Of a stretch of DNA of 64,000 nt, positions 11,656 to 24,777 are shown in pieces. The stretch is taken from positions 1,736,001 through 1,800,000 of the forward strand of contig NC_087437.1 of the NCBI RefSeq assembly GCF_036321535.1, in the 5' to 3' direction. This DNA comes from Camelus dromedarius. Its lineage: Eukaryota. Position 1 is the stretch's first letter; each line of letters begins with the position of its first letter. A program made the translations under genes and the position numbers. The notes beneath the pieces are model-generated. The model did not search any database and was not told the DNA's origin. It saw only the letters and a program-made list of their open reading frames with translations.

Positions 11656-13689
11656 ATAACTAAAAAGTACTCTCCTCCAGACCCTCATGAAACCTCTGGT
11701 TGCCTCCCCCCCGGGGCACAGCCACCTTCTCCCCAGCCACACAAAAGATGGAGCAGCCTCAGGATCTGCAGGGGAGCCTCGCATTTCCCTGCTAGCTCCC
11801 AGTGCCCCATCACCCCGGGTTTCTGTCCTTCCTCAGAGTCCTGGGGCTAGGAAGTCAGCAGTCTAGGCTAGTCTAATATCTTGGCCGGGATGAGAGCTCA
11901 TATACCACTTTCTACATGTAAAACCTAAAGAAAGAATGTACCAAAGTATTTTCTCCAATAAGCATGTTTCACCTGAATAAACAGAAAAATTTCCTTTAAA
12001 GGTCAGGGCCAAAGCTGATCACAGCAAGCTATTTTTAGAAACTGTACAACAGGGTCAGAAATCCTGCGAGAGCCTTTGCCTCGAGCTAGGACCATCTCCC
12101 AAGAGGGAGCTGGTGCAGCTCCCCGGCATCCAAGTTCTGCTCCCCGGTGAACGGTGGCCAGAGGCAGCACGCTAGACACAGCACCGCGTCCCGTCCCGGA
12201 CCAACACTGTAAACGCAGCTGCAGGCTGTTAAGAAAAGGAGACCTAAAGTATTTATTACGACTGCACAGTTTCTCTGTATTTCCCCCACTGGCACTGTTT
12301 GCTTATATTAATCTTTCTCAATCCATTTTAATGAGAAAATGAAAGCAAACGTGAACTTAAAAAGAAAACTTTGAAAAGAGAGTGAACTACTCATAACTTA
12401 CAGGTTCCTTATAAAAAGATGTTCCACATGCAAGGCCAGCCCTATAATGAATCTTGTTTAAACCCATATTCAGAAAACCTACTTAGCTTGCTTGTTAGAA
12501 ACAATGCATTCTGCAAGGAAACACAGGCTCCTTGTAGCTTGGCCTCTGATAACATCTCCTGCTGCTTCAAAATATAAAAGTGTGAAGGCCATGTGTAAAT
12601 TGTACAGGGAGAAACTGAAGCCATCAAATTCAAATCCAGGGGCCCAGTCTTCATTCATAAATGATTTAAATGATTTACTGAGCACTTACTATGTGTTAAG
12701 CATTATGCCGGGCCAATAACTACCACTCAGGAAAACAAACACTTGCACACCCTGATGAGTAAGTCTCTGTAGGAGCCGTCTGCCTGGGGGAAGCACAGTC
12801 ATCACCAGAACGTCGTGCTCCCACGACTTCCAATTCCCACAGCCATGCTTGGTCTCTGACATGTGGACCCACACCTGAGACACGGGAGTAAATAAGTGAG
12901 CGGAAAGGAGACGGTGTCTTTCTCTCCTCCCCCAAAAGCTCCCCCGATGCCTGAAGACAGCAGCAGCCACCGGGAGGTGGCCCAGAAGTGTCCCGACACT
13001 AAGGCAGCCTGGTGTCCTAAAAGCAGGATGCAGGCTTTTCACTGTGAGGGGGGTGCTAGGGATCTGACCCTAACAAGTGTGAAGGAGAGTTAAGAGGGAG
13101 GGTCCTGTAACTCTGGAGACAGATCAGGAACAATGAAGGTTTCCCAGCATGCCTGCTCTGTAGCAGACACCATCCTCCCCCACCCTCACCATGCTTACGC
13201 CCAGGGGCATATTCTGCAGGGGAGGGGGCAGAGGGCGGGAGATATAACAAACACCTTCAACATGTAAAATATATAGCATGTAGATGTGATAAGTATCAAG
13301 AAAAAAATAAAGCGGGGAAGGGGGATATGCTTGGTGGCAGGTGTGAAGTTTTAGACAGGAAGGATGGCACCACAAATGCGACTTCTGAGTAAACAGCCAA
13401 GTGTAGGAGCCAACCCTCTGGATGTCCGGGGTAAGAGTGGGTCTGACAAATGCAAAGGACTGAAGTAGCAACTCAGGCACTGGAGGAGCAGGGCGGAGGC
13501 CAGAGCCGCGGGAATGGGAAGCCAGGAGGAGTGATGTCACGGTTAGGTACAAGTGGGGCCCCGCAGGGCCTAGAGAGGACTCGGCCTTCACTCTGCTTAC
13601 ACGGGCGGGATGTGCAGAGTGAGACCACAACCTAACCTGCCAAGTGGAGGATGGGCTGGGGGGGCAGACACAGGGACACCACTTGACTG

Positions 13690-13855
13690 CCTACAACAAA
13701 GCAAAGCTGGCCATTTGTGATTGGCTGTCCTTAGTGTTTTGATTTTGATTTTGTCACCCTGATGCATTCACAGGCTTCAGTTTTGGTTTGTTTACTTAGG
13801 CCACCAACATTAGAGCCACCTAGTCTAACAGACTCCTTGTTTGATTAACTTAAGA
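13690..13855 (-). mobile_element. Partial ERV1 LTR (LTR54/MER72-like 5' end)
   Basis: gttttggtttgtttacttagg...ttagagccacctagtctaacagactccttgtttgattaac resembles the reverse complement of this LTR group's start. Confidence 0.6.
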
Positions 13856-13919
13856 GATGACGGTACCAGTCTGGAAGCAGTATCCAGGGTGGTTCAAAGT
13901 GCTCTGATTCAGAACGTGT

Positions 13920-14600
13920 TCTCAAGGCAGAGCCAACAGTGATCTCTGATGGAATGGATGCAAACTGTAGGAGAAAGAAACAAGCCACGAATGACTCGAC
14001 AACCTTTCTGCCCAGCCAGCTGGATGGACAGAGTTGCTGATAACTAAGATGAACTGAGGGGGAGAACCAGAAGACATACATCTGAGTGTCATCAGCACAG
14101 AGGTGGTGCTTACACAGAATGTAATTAACCGGACATCTGTGTCTCTCAGCAGCAAGACAAGTACCCCAGAAACGGGTTTGTCAGGGGTGTTCAGGAGACA
14201 CACAGAGCATTTTTCAGAAGGATGATATTATTTTATGGTAAATATCATTTAAAATAATTTTGTGCTAAAACAAACATTCCTAATATGAAGTAGGATTTAA
14301 ACTGTGTATGAGCTTTTAAGATTAAACACCAGGCTTCAAAGGAGTGAGCTTGTGGTGGGTGGCTTTGAGCTGCGCACTGCTCTCCGGGGGCTGTGCTTCT
14401 CTCTTCTGCCAAGACAACTCTTCTCTGTGTTCTTCCAAGTTCTGAGGAGCTCGGTACTTTCTAAGTCTATTCAGCTTCAGTCTTCCTGAAACATCTATTG
14501 AGTGTCAAGCACACCCTGGGACCACCTAGGATACAGCCTGAACAAAGCAAGAGTCCCCTCCCTTGTGAAGTCTACAATCTATGTTGATGATACTTAAGTT
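13920..14600 (-). mobile_element. L2 fragments (about 13920-14110 and 14490-14600)
   Basis: catctgagtgtcatcagcacagaggtgg; acatctattgag...ggatacagcctgaacaaagcaagagtcccctcccttgtgaagtctacaatcta. Confidence 0.55.
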
Positions 14601-15759
14601 TGTCTGTGATTGTTTTGTTTAGGTGAGTTTTTAAAGGGAGAAAAACACAGTGTCATCTCTATTTAAACTTTGCAGGTTACTTTGGAGGTTCAAGTGTTTA
14701 TGTTTGTTAAATAGTTTAGAAATTGTAAACAGATACACAGGTGAATTTACACGACACAGCTTTTACAGCAGGGCTTCAGACAGATAAGAAAAAGCTATCA
14801 CAAGATGCTCAGGAGTGGATCAGGGAAGAGTACAAATGAATGGCTAACATCAGAGGACTCCAATTACTACATCTGGGCACGAAATTGGTCCCCAAAGTGT
14901 CCTGGCACTAAAGAAAAACTTAAAGTGTGCATCTTTTTGTTTCCTGGCAAAAGAAACACAAAAATTCATTGGCAGAGAAAATGTTTCCAGGAGATGGAAA
15001 ATATTCTTCCAGGGTTCACAGTGGTCTTCATGGAAGCCATGCTGGTAACAGAGTGGACAAGAACGTCCACTACCATGTTACAAAGGAGACGACTGCATTG
15101 TTCAAACCGACGCTTCCTGTGCTGATGAGCTAACAAGTCGGACTGTGTAATAACAATAAATTACTCAATTATCAAATCCTTGCAGAAGTCATTATTCTGT
15201 ACCATTTGGGAGTCTGTTTCCAAGTACACCCTGTTTCCAGGTCTGACTTTTGCAATACTAATAAAAGTAACTATGTATCTATCACAGTTCCATCCAGCAT
15301 CTGTGTTACAGACTCAAGGCTTCAGAGAGAACCTTCAGCTGGAGAGGGCATGCTTTCTGTTTTCACTCTTGCATTTTCAAAAGAATACATCCTGTGTATA
15401 ACAGAAAACTTTAAAACATTCAGCCATTGTTCTAACCCTCATTAATCAGAAGCCTGCTTTCAAACAGTCTTAGATATGTGACCTCAACTACAATAGGAAA
15501 AACTGATTATATGAATTTATAGTGGAATGCATATTTGCCTAATAAAAATGCATATGAGAAGTATACAAATATTATTCCTTGTTTAAATATTATTTTAAAA
15601 ATATTTTCAACTGCTTCTAATATAGATTGGTTTGTCATTAACAGAAGGGGGAAAAAACCTACTGAACTCAAAAGCTGTAACAACTATGCATAACTTTAAA
15701 TTGTTCCCAAATTCACAATTTAACTATTATTTAGCTATCTTGCTCTGATAACTACCGCC

Positions 15760-16255
15760 ATGGCCTGCAGCAGCCCCTGGTTCCCAGTGGTCACTCTAAC
15801 AGCTGAGTCTGGGTCCCCCCAAAAAACAGCAACACTCTGTGCCTCTGTCCACACTGCTGGGCTGTGCCCATCACTGCCCCCACCCCACTGACTGGGAAAG
15901 GTTTGGGAATGTGACTCAAACCAGGTTAACCTCATCCTTCCCTGGGATCCTTTCAAATAAGTCATCCAAGAGGGAGGTCCCCTTTCCTCCGGACTGAAGG
16001 ACTGCCATGATGAGACCCAGAGGCTGCCATGATCCCACCACAGGTGGTACAGAGAATGCTCAGCTGCAGCAGGACCCAAAGTTTAAGAAGAAAAGATAAG
16101 AAATGCGTAAGAGGACTGTGTCCCAGGTTCCAGCCTTGGAGACCCCCACAGTTCCTTTGACACTATTACCTACTCCAAGATCCTTCCAAGAAATCCTTTG
16201 TGCTCCAGTAATTTCTTTGAGCTATATGAAATCCCCATTTCTGTAAATCAAAAAT
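15760..16255 (+). mobile_element. Old MLT1-type MaLR LTR
   Basis: gtgactcaaaccagg...ccttccctgggat, ggctgccatg, ccaggttccagcc and an ending ttctgtaaatcaaaa typical of old MLT1 LTRs. Confidence 0.5.
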
Positions 16256-16619
16256 GGTCTCATCCATTGGCCACTGGCAACATCAATTGGTTCCACCTGA
16301 CAGGTCACGTCCGGTTTATGCCATTTGGAACCTAAAGAGTCACTGGGACTAAACTGCCAGTACTGAATGAGACTTTCAAACCATGTGACAGAAACAGGAA
16401 AAAAAACTATATTAACTAAAATTGATCATTGCAGGTAAACAAGATATACAGGCATACATACACACATGCTTTTAAATTTACACACAGCATGAATCCCATG
16501 CGACTGAGTAAAGCTACCAGCAATGCAGTGTCTCAGAATCACGTGGAAGAGCAGATCACTGGGAACACAGGTCCTGGAATCACACTGTCAGGGTTCAGCT
16601 CAAAGTAACAAGTTCTTAA

Positions 16620-18595
16620 AATTTTTAATTCAAAATTTTATTGAGATGCTTATAGATTCACACAAAGTTGTAAGAAATTATAGATATTCTGAGTACCCTT
16701 TACTCAGTTTTTCTGCAACAGCCATATCTTGCCAAATTATAGGATATTGGGGTCAGGATTTGATATGGACATAATCCAATGGCTCTTACTCAGATGTCCC
16801 CCGTTAAACTTGTGCTCGTGTGTCTGTGTGTTTAATTCTACAACTTCAGCACACATGTAGGCTTATGTGTTCATCACCACAGCCAATACAGAACATTTCC
16901 ATTACCACAAGGATTCCTGGAGTTTCCCTTTTGTAACCACAGCCACTATCCTCTATCAATGTCCTTAATGGTTATAAAACTCTTCAAATTATCTGTTTCT
17001 TCTTGACTGAGTTTTGGTAGTTTATAGTTTTTGACAAATTGATCTCTTTCTTCTTAGTTGGCAAATTTATGGGCATAAAGCTGTCCTTTAATGTACTTTC
17101 AATGGTGTCCAGATCTGTAGTGTTACCCTTTGTTTCATTCTTCATATGAGTGATTTGTGTCTTCTCCCTTTTTTTTCTTTCTGTCTTGCTAAAGGTTAAC
17201 CAATTTTGTTGATTTTTTTTTAATAAAGAGCCAGCTTTTTGCTTCACTGCTGTTCTATTTTCAATTTCATTGAGTGTACTCTCCATTATTTTCTTCCTTT
17301 TGCTTGCTTTGGGTTTTTGTTTTGCTTTTCTCTTTCTAATTTCTTCAGGTAGGGACTTAGATTATTTTTGAGACCAGTCCTCATTTTTGATGTACAATTT
17401 TAGTGCTATAAATTTCCCTCTCAAAACTGCATTACCTGCATCCCACATATTTTGATAAGCTGTGTTTTTATTCCCATCCATTTCTATCATTTTTATTTCC
17501 TTTAAGATCTCTTTGACCCATGTATTGCTTGGAAGTATGTTGTCTCATTTTCACCAGTCTGGAGGTCCACCTGTTGTCTTTCTGCTATGGGTTCCTTGTT
17601 TTACTTTACTGTGGTCAGAGAACACATTCTTCATGAGTTCAGTTGTTTTAAATGTGCTGAGGTCTGATCTAAGGCCTAGGATATGCTCCATTTTGACAAA
17701 TGCCCCATCTCTTGAGAAATCTGTGGTCTGCCACTGTGGGTGGAATGTTCTAGAAATGCCATCAGGCTGCTGGCCAATCGTGGTGTCCAGCCCTTCTACA
17801 TCCTTGCTGATTTCCTCTCTAGGCAGTCACCCCACCTAGGTTTGTGGGCTGTGGTTCCAATGACAGTCTAATTTTCAGGGCCTCTGCTGTGTTCTTTGAT
17901 CTGCTTCATTATCTGTGCCAACAGGCTCCCATTGGTGCCCCCTGAGAGGATGGAAGGGGCTTCCCCAGGCCCGGCTGCCTGGTGTCTCTCAGTGGGAGAA
18001 GGAGAGTGCTTTGGCCTGAGGCTGGAAGAAGCATCCCAAGACCACATCTCACTGTGACAGGACCCCCTCACCTGTGTCCCGGCTGCCCCGTGTCTCTGAG
18101 CAGGGAAGGGTAATCTTAGGTCCATGAGGACAAAGCAGCTAATTGGTTGGGACATTTGTTGTGGCAGGACTCCTGTTGCAGGAGCTGCTAAGTGCCCAGG
18201 TGTCTCTCAGTGACAAGGACTGTCTCAGGCCTGACAGGAAGGAGACTGACCGATGACTCCTGGAGGGGCTCCTACTGATCCCCCTTGCCGGTGGTGTCAG
18301 GCTTGCTCCTGTTTGATCTGGGAAAGGAAGACACCTACCTGAGCTGCCTCTGTTGCTAGTTTAAGGGATCAGAAAACACAGGTCTCGCTGGTTCTTGTGT
18401 TGGCTGGGGAATGCAATACACCTACCATCATATGGTTCCTCCAGTCCAGAGGACCCAACCAGCTTGCCTGCTTCTCAACACCTTTCAGAGGCCTCCTTTT
18501 AAGCCTTTTGCACTATTTCTAAGGCTTATAGTGGTATTTAGCGGGGAGGGGAAGGGAGAACAATATCTGTGCCATCTTGGAGAGACTGGGAGTCT
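16620..18595 (-). mobile_element. L1MC-type LINE with 3' end, ORF2 piece and 5' end (internally deleted)
   Basis: L1MC 3' UTR (tatagattcacacaaagttgtaagaaa...) at 16620-16970. ORF2 piece at 16980-17820, translating to L1-like residues in ORF 16984..17286 (KKREKTQIT..KNE.KG..TTD). L1 5'-end-like gccatcttgg at about 18570-18580. Confidence 0.85.
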
Positions 18596-18789
18596 CAAGT
18601 TTCTAATTATGACATTGAATAAAATCTCTCTAAGTCTCCAATTCATCACTAGAAAAAACTGTCTCATAGATTGTAGTGAACATTAAATACTTTCCACAAG
18701 TAAAGCTCTCAATTCACTGCCTTCTATGAAATAAGCACTCAGAAAATGTCAGCTACTGTTACAAAATATAAAGCAATAAATTGTGAAAA

Positions 18790-18945
18790 AAATATGAATA
18801 TAAAAGGCCAGAGGAAATCTATTAAGTAACTATACCTCTATATGGTAGGGTCATGGGTACCTTTAAATTTCCTTCTTCTATATTTCTCTGTATTTTCCAA
18901 ATGTTCTATAATTAACAGGTTTTAGTTTGATGATAATTTTTTAAA
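18790..18945 (+). mobile_element. L1MC4/L1ME 3' terminus fragment
   Basis: gggtcatgggtacctttaaatttccttcttctatatttctctgtattttccaaatgttctata. Confidence 0.65.
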
Positions 18946-19062
18946 ATAAGCATAAACTAAATCTTTATTTTATCCCTTATGAATTCTTATTTTAAATACT
19001 TCCTTCACCATCTTCAGATAAATGAGGAAGATGATGAATGCAACAGTAAGATCCAAACTTAC

Positions 19063-19178
19063 CTTCCATTTCTGGGTTTATAAGACATCAGGATAAAATT
19101 ATTCAAGCACATTTAACCACTGCTGCTTTGTTTTGAGAATGTGATGATTATTTCAAAGTTTTTCACTTCCCTCAACCC
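19063..19178 (-). other. Candidate exon with consensus donor (116 nt, or 9-nt microexon 19063-19071)
   Basis: Donor aag|gtaagt. Acceptors gtcattgcag| (AG 19179-19180) or cttataaacccag| (AG 19072-19073). Confidence 0.25.
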
Positions 19179-21399
19179 CTGCAATGACTTAATTAGCAAC
19201 CTGCACAACTGCTGAGACCAGTGACACACAGCCACGAGGGAGGTGGGGTCCTGCTCTGTGGTCAGCCCAGCTCAGAAACATGGCTCGGAATCAATGGACC
19301 AGAAAGGAGCTCTCTAAAATGTGACTGAGGAAATGAAGTGAAAATAATTACTTTCAAAGAAAAAAGGTGTATCACAAAACTGACATATTAGCAAATTCTG
19401 CCTTCCTTTCAGGCTGTGTCAGCCTGGATGGGAGGGAGAAGAGGTAGGCAACAGCCTGGCTGACAGGGGTGGCAGAGTTGCTCAGTGACCATTCCTTCAA
19501 CAAACACCTGTGAGGGCCTGGGACCTCAGCTTCCAGGACCAGGAGGATCTGAAAGGGTAAGATCCTACATTTAGGAGTTGCATCACACTGAAACCTCGAT
19601 GAAACCAGTACTTAATTTTCTCAATGAAGAGTTTTTTAAAGATTGATAACATAAGTCACAATTTCTAGGTCTAAATAATTCCCTTAAGAAAAATTTTTTT
19701 AAGGTTATCCATTATATAAAACAACTAATTTTAGGGGGAAGTGAGGTCAGCTAAATTGATGTTTCTAGGGGAGGGTTTTGGATAGCTGTAATTCCAGGGA
19801 AAAAAAAGAGAGACTGGGGAGGCATGCAAGTGAGCTCGAAGTTTAACTGACTCAAAAATTATTAACATAATCGTGTATAAATATGTACATAATTAAGCCA
19901 TCGTAAAGCAGGGAAACGCCACTGAAGGTTGAGTCCAACTCCAGGCTTGCTTGACGTATAACATGAGGCAGAAACACTGCAGCTGATTCCCCATTTGGAT
20001 CTGAAAACTCTTACCAGGGTAATCTTGGCAGGTCATATTACATATCAACATTAAACATTTCTTTTATTTCAAATACCATAAAATAATGCACAGATGCTTA
20101 TTTTAAATAATTCACATACCCGTCAGGTACTGATATATTAAAGTAATGTGACCTATATTAATAAATATTGCATTATAAACATAGATGTGTACTTTCTTTT
20201 TGGCTGGGATGTAACTCCTGAAAACATCTACTCCTGGCAAACAATTATTACAATAAATAAAATACAAATGAATGAAAAGGAAAGGATCTTTAAACAAAAA
20301 AGAAAATTTAGTTTGCCTGATTTAAAAGTAGGTTAGGACCTGTACACCAGTAACTGACTAGACTTCAATTTAAAAAAAAGTAGGCAAGGTCCTTAAACAG
20401 GCTATTCTTTTTGCTACCCTGCTAACAAAAGTATTAAAAGCTGGTTGAGTCCACCCAACACTTACACAATTTATTTTAACCTTTTCACTTCTTTTAACAA
20501 TCATGAATGATAGAGGAAGGTTTAAAATAAGCTAGTATGTGCATTTCAACTATGCTCCAGAGCAGTATTGCAAAAAAATTATAAATAGCTTATCTTTAAT
20601 AGAGGAAAATATTTCCTAGAAATACCAAAACATGAAAATAGAAGGAAACATGAGTTTCTACCAGAAATATTTTCTTAAACCATTACTTGTCATAGTAACA
20701 ATATTAATATCACACAAAGCACTTCAAATTTTACTTCACATTTTAATGACCACAAGAGAGTGTCAGAAAGCATATGTCAAATGGACATGATCAGCACAAG
20801 AGAATTCCTGCATATTCCAAAGATTCACTCTTAGTCATCATCAAGTGTTAAGGACGGAGAAAAACCAAACTAACTCATGATAGATAGGCAAAGAAGTATT
20901 TCAAATAATACTATTCCAATAAAATCAGAGAAGGGATAACAAGCACCCAGTGATAACCAAGGAGAGGTTTTAAGGGCAGAGGGGGCATGAGATAAAAGCT
21001 TTACCCAAGTGGTCATTAGGACGACTCTGACCCCATCCTTCATAATGTGTGCCACACTCATAATTTTCACTTTGCAATAATACATTGATTTTTAGCATAT
21101 TCATTAACCTGAAGACTATATTAGAAAAGGGAAGAAAACGCACATTACGAAAACATAAAGGTTAAAAAACTTCCAGGCACTGAAAGATTGTAGGTTTATT
21201 TAAACAGCACAAGAAACCTAAAATCTGCAAACTCTTTAATAAGTCATTTGTTATCTGCATCATCTCAATATATATATATACAGATATATTGAGATACACA
21301 TATATGTTGAGATACACAAAAATACATAAAATTTTATATTGTGATATATAGGTAAGAATGTGTATGTATACATACTTACATGCAAAGCTGAAAACTCAC

Positions 21400-21490
21400 A
21401 TTGACCTTACAGATGCCGTGACGGCTGTGACAGCTGTGCTGATAGCTAACAGTACGTCATGTGTGTGGTATGTAATGTCTCCAAGTAGGT
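21400..21490 (-). CDS. Candidate exon (xLLGDITYHTHDVLLAISTAVTAVTASVRS), unidentified gene
   Basis: Acceptor acagtctccttag|, one open frame, and three clustered donors (gtaagg, gtgagt, gtaagt). Confidence 0.25.
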
Positions 21491-22809
21491 CTAAGGAGAC
21501 TGTAAGTGAAGACACAGTGCTTTAATTCACTGCTGCATGCACCGAAGTAGGATGCTTTCCTTTCTGGCTAAATTTGGCTTGAGGAAAGAATTGGTCTATG
21601 CCAAGAAAAATGAGTCATGACTCAGAACTCTGTTCACATATTAATTGGTTTGCAGTAAACAGGACAGGAGTAAAAAGCAGTACCTTTACATGCATTAATA
21701 AAGCCATTTACACAAAGATGACAGTGTTATTGTTTAGGGCCAACTTAAACAAGTCCTATAATTCTCACTTATTTGTAGTATGACAGTCTAAGTGTGTGCT
21801 AACAAGTAAAGTCAAAACCAAACCCCCCCAGTGCATGGAGACCAGGTAACTCTGAGCAGAGGATGCAGGCGCCCTGAGCTCAGTCCGGTGTGCACTGTGA
21901 CTGATGGCACATCTCCATCCTATTTCACACTGAGTCCTGTAAGACATTAAAACTTCCTGCTCTGAAAAGAAATTCATCGTCCTTAGGCAGGAGGAATAAT
22001 ATTTAGCCCAATTTTTTTTTTAATTTTTAAATTTTAAGTAAAATGGCAACACACAATTCTTAGGTAGTTGGTGAGAGTCAAGTAATTGGTGAGATGTCAT
22101 TATTTCAACTCTCTCTCATTGGTTATAGACAGAGGTACAAAAAGTGCATGGAAGAAAAATAAGTAATACTGTATGAACCCTGCAGCAGCTTTCACAAAGA
22201 GAATGCATCCTCACAGGAAGAGTAGGACTCACAGAAATTACATTTCATGGCCTTCAGAATTAATTCAGTAAATTCTAGATTCCACCAAAAAGAACTGTGT
22301 GCATGAAAGATAACCAAACATAAGAGTAAGTCTTAGTACAGAACATGTTTTTTATACAGTTTGGGAATATACTACACTTCCATGGACTAGATGATGGAGA
22401 GTGACAGAAACCATGTAGCCGTGAGCTCCACCAAGGGGTGTAACTCACTCAGTGGAAAGGAGGAGGGGCTCTGGCCTCCACACAGTTGATCTACCTATAC
22501 TGTGGAAAGTAATCCCCACTGCTGTTACTCTATGTGACTACACCATAACAGAAGTCTCTGATTAATGCCAGAGAAGGAGATATTTGGGGTCAAAGAAGTG
22601 ATATTTTCTTCACAAACACATTGATACATAACTCTGCAACAGATGATAAAAAGGCTAAAAGAATATTCACTCCAGACCTCACAGGAAGCTCTATGTCAAT
22701 TAGAAACTTGCTAGTGTAAAGAGAAGATGAGGGTCCAGCACTTCTCTATAACAAATCATGGTCTATGAACAGAAAAATAGTAAGATATTGAGTATAACAC
22801 AAGAGCCAA

Positions 22810-23030
22810 ATCATTAAGCTGGCATGGCCTTTCCGAAGGGCAATTTGGAAATCCATTTCAAAAGCCTTCAAAGCTGTGAGTATCCTTTGACTCAGCTATT
22901 TCACTTCCAGGGATTTGCTCTAAGAAAATAATCATGGACATCCACTTGTCAATTTAGAAATCATTTATAAATATTATTTATAAGGACAAAAAATAAAACA
23001 AAATGGGAACAACCAAATGATGAACAACAG
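22810..23030 (+). mobile_element. L1ME ORF2 3' fragment
   Basis: gggcaatttggaaatccatttcaaaagccttcaaa...cctttgactcagctatttcacttccagggattt. Confidence 0.75.
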
Positions 23031-24438
23031 AAAACATTCCTCTCTCCAGTCTCGCCCTCAGGGACTGTGACAGAACAACCTCCATCAGCACTAAAGATGC
23101 CACGTGTAGCGTGAGACAGACCTGGGTTCAGATCCTGCCTCTGCAGCTTGCTTACTTGGAATGTTTAGAATAATAATGCATCCGAAATTAATTTGTGCAC
23201 GTACAGGGAGAAAGATGCCTAAAATTACCTTCTTCTGGAGGTATGGTCAGTTACATCCATGACATGTAATAAATAAACCATCTTCTCCAGACTGATTTGT
23301 GCCAGCTTTGTCATGTATCATATCTGAATAAGAACTTGGATGTCTAAGTAAAATGCTTCAAGAACTGGGGGGAAATTCTTAGACCTATTATTCCACTGGT
23401 ACTTCAGAAATAACAACCTTTGTCTTTAAAAGAATAAAAGGAAAGAGGGTGGTGGGAGAAACTGGTTATCTTTATAATACATCCTTCAACAAGAGCATGT
23501 GGGTTGACATGATCAGAGGAGGTGCTGAGAAGGAGGTGGCTGGACAGAGAGGAAATCAGGGAAACAGAAGCCATCTTCTAAGGCTGAGGTGTATCTGAGA
23601 CTTAAGAGACTGTGGAAGTATCCTCACATCTCAAGCTAATCAATATTCTTGGTTTTCCATCCTCACATCCTCTAGAGAAGCTATGGTTCTAGACAAAAGT
23701 GTGAGAAATTTGTAGGAAACAAACATTACGAGGTGATCTAAAGATGCAGTCAAGGTGAAGGGTGAGCATGGTAACGTGGACTGGGCCAGGGCTTCTCTAT
23801 CTTTTTCACATATGAGGATCCCCCTCTTAATGCCAAGAATCTGAACAAAACCCGCGTGGTAGTAACTGGTCTGTATTCACTGGTTGAAAACATACAGAAT
23901 AAAACCTATTACAACCGCAGTGAAGCTCTCATGTGAGCACTTGTTAGTCACAACGGCAGCTACGACGGGCATACACAGCTCCGCTTCGCTGTCTACAGCT
24001 CCCCCTGCCACTCAGGAAGAGCCTTAGCCCAGGATAAGCTTAAAAAATCTCAGTTTTATTGTCAAAGATAAATTTTATTTACTAGATAAAAATATGGCTC
24101 TGATCTATAAAGTTAATCCATATTTTCTCTTCAAATCAATTATCAATAATAATTATTACTGATAAATGATCACTTTATCTAATCTTAAGTATTGGGCTAT
24201 TAAACCACTTGGAGTAAGTATACTAGTAGTTTGCATTCAATATTAACTCCTAAACCTATTATTAAGTACAATTTTCAAAATTCAGGTTAAACCATAAAAA
24301 AAATATCAAAAACTCTAAGACTGAACATGATCACACAGCATTAAAAAAAAATGCGAGGGCTGGTCAACTCTGTATGAGCTACATTTTTTAAAGTTGAGAT
24401 TTTCAGGGCTTTTCCTCCCCCACCTCATTCGGGGAGAC

Positions 24439-24777
24439 TGCTGCAGACTAAATGTGTGTACCCCCCCAAAGCCCATGTTGACACCTAACCCCGAGGGTGA
24501 CAGTGCTGGTGGGGGGCTCTAGGAGTTATCAGGGCACAGGAGCAGAGGCTTAGCGCCCGTACAAAGATGATGGCAGAGAACTCCCTGCCCCTTCCACCAC
24601 GTGAGGGCGCAGCGAAAGGATGGCTCCCTCGGCACCAGCACCGGTCCCTCACCAGACTCCGGGTCTGCCAGCGCCCTGGGACTGACCAACCTCCAGAACC
24701 ATGAGAGATGAATGTCTGCTCTGTGTAAGCCACCCAGTCTGTGGCATTTTGTTATAGCAGCCGGAACGGGCTAAGGA
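24439..24777 (+). mobile_element. ERVL-MaLR solo LTR, MLT1A0-like
   Basis: tgctgcagactaaatgtgtgtacc... to aagccacccagtctgtggcattttgttatagcagcc. Confidence 0.88.

Noticed and set aside
14605..14628. Plus-strand YAG|GTGAGT motif (and ctttccag|gtaagg near 31138)
   Set aside because: On the strand that is probably not transcribed; kept only as an indication of the chance rate of such motifs.
16984..17286. ORF with KKREKTQIT-like sequence
   Set aside because: Decayed L1 ORF2 fragment, not a host gene.
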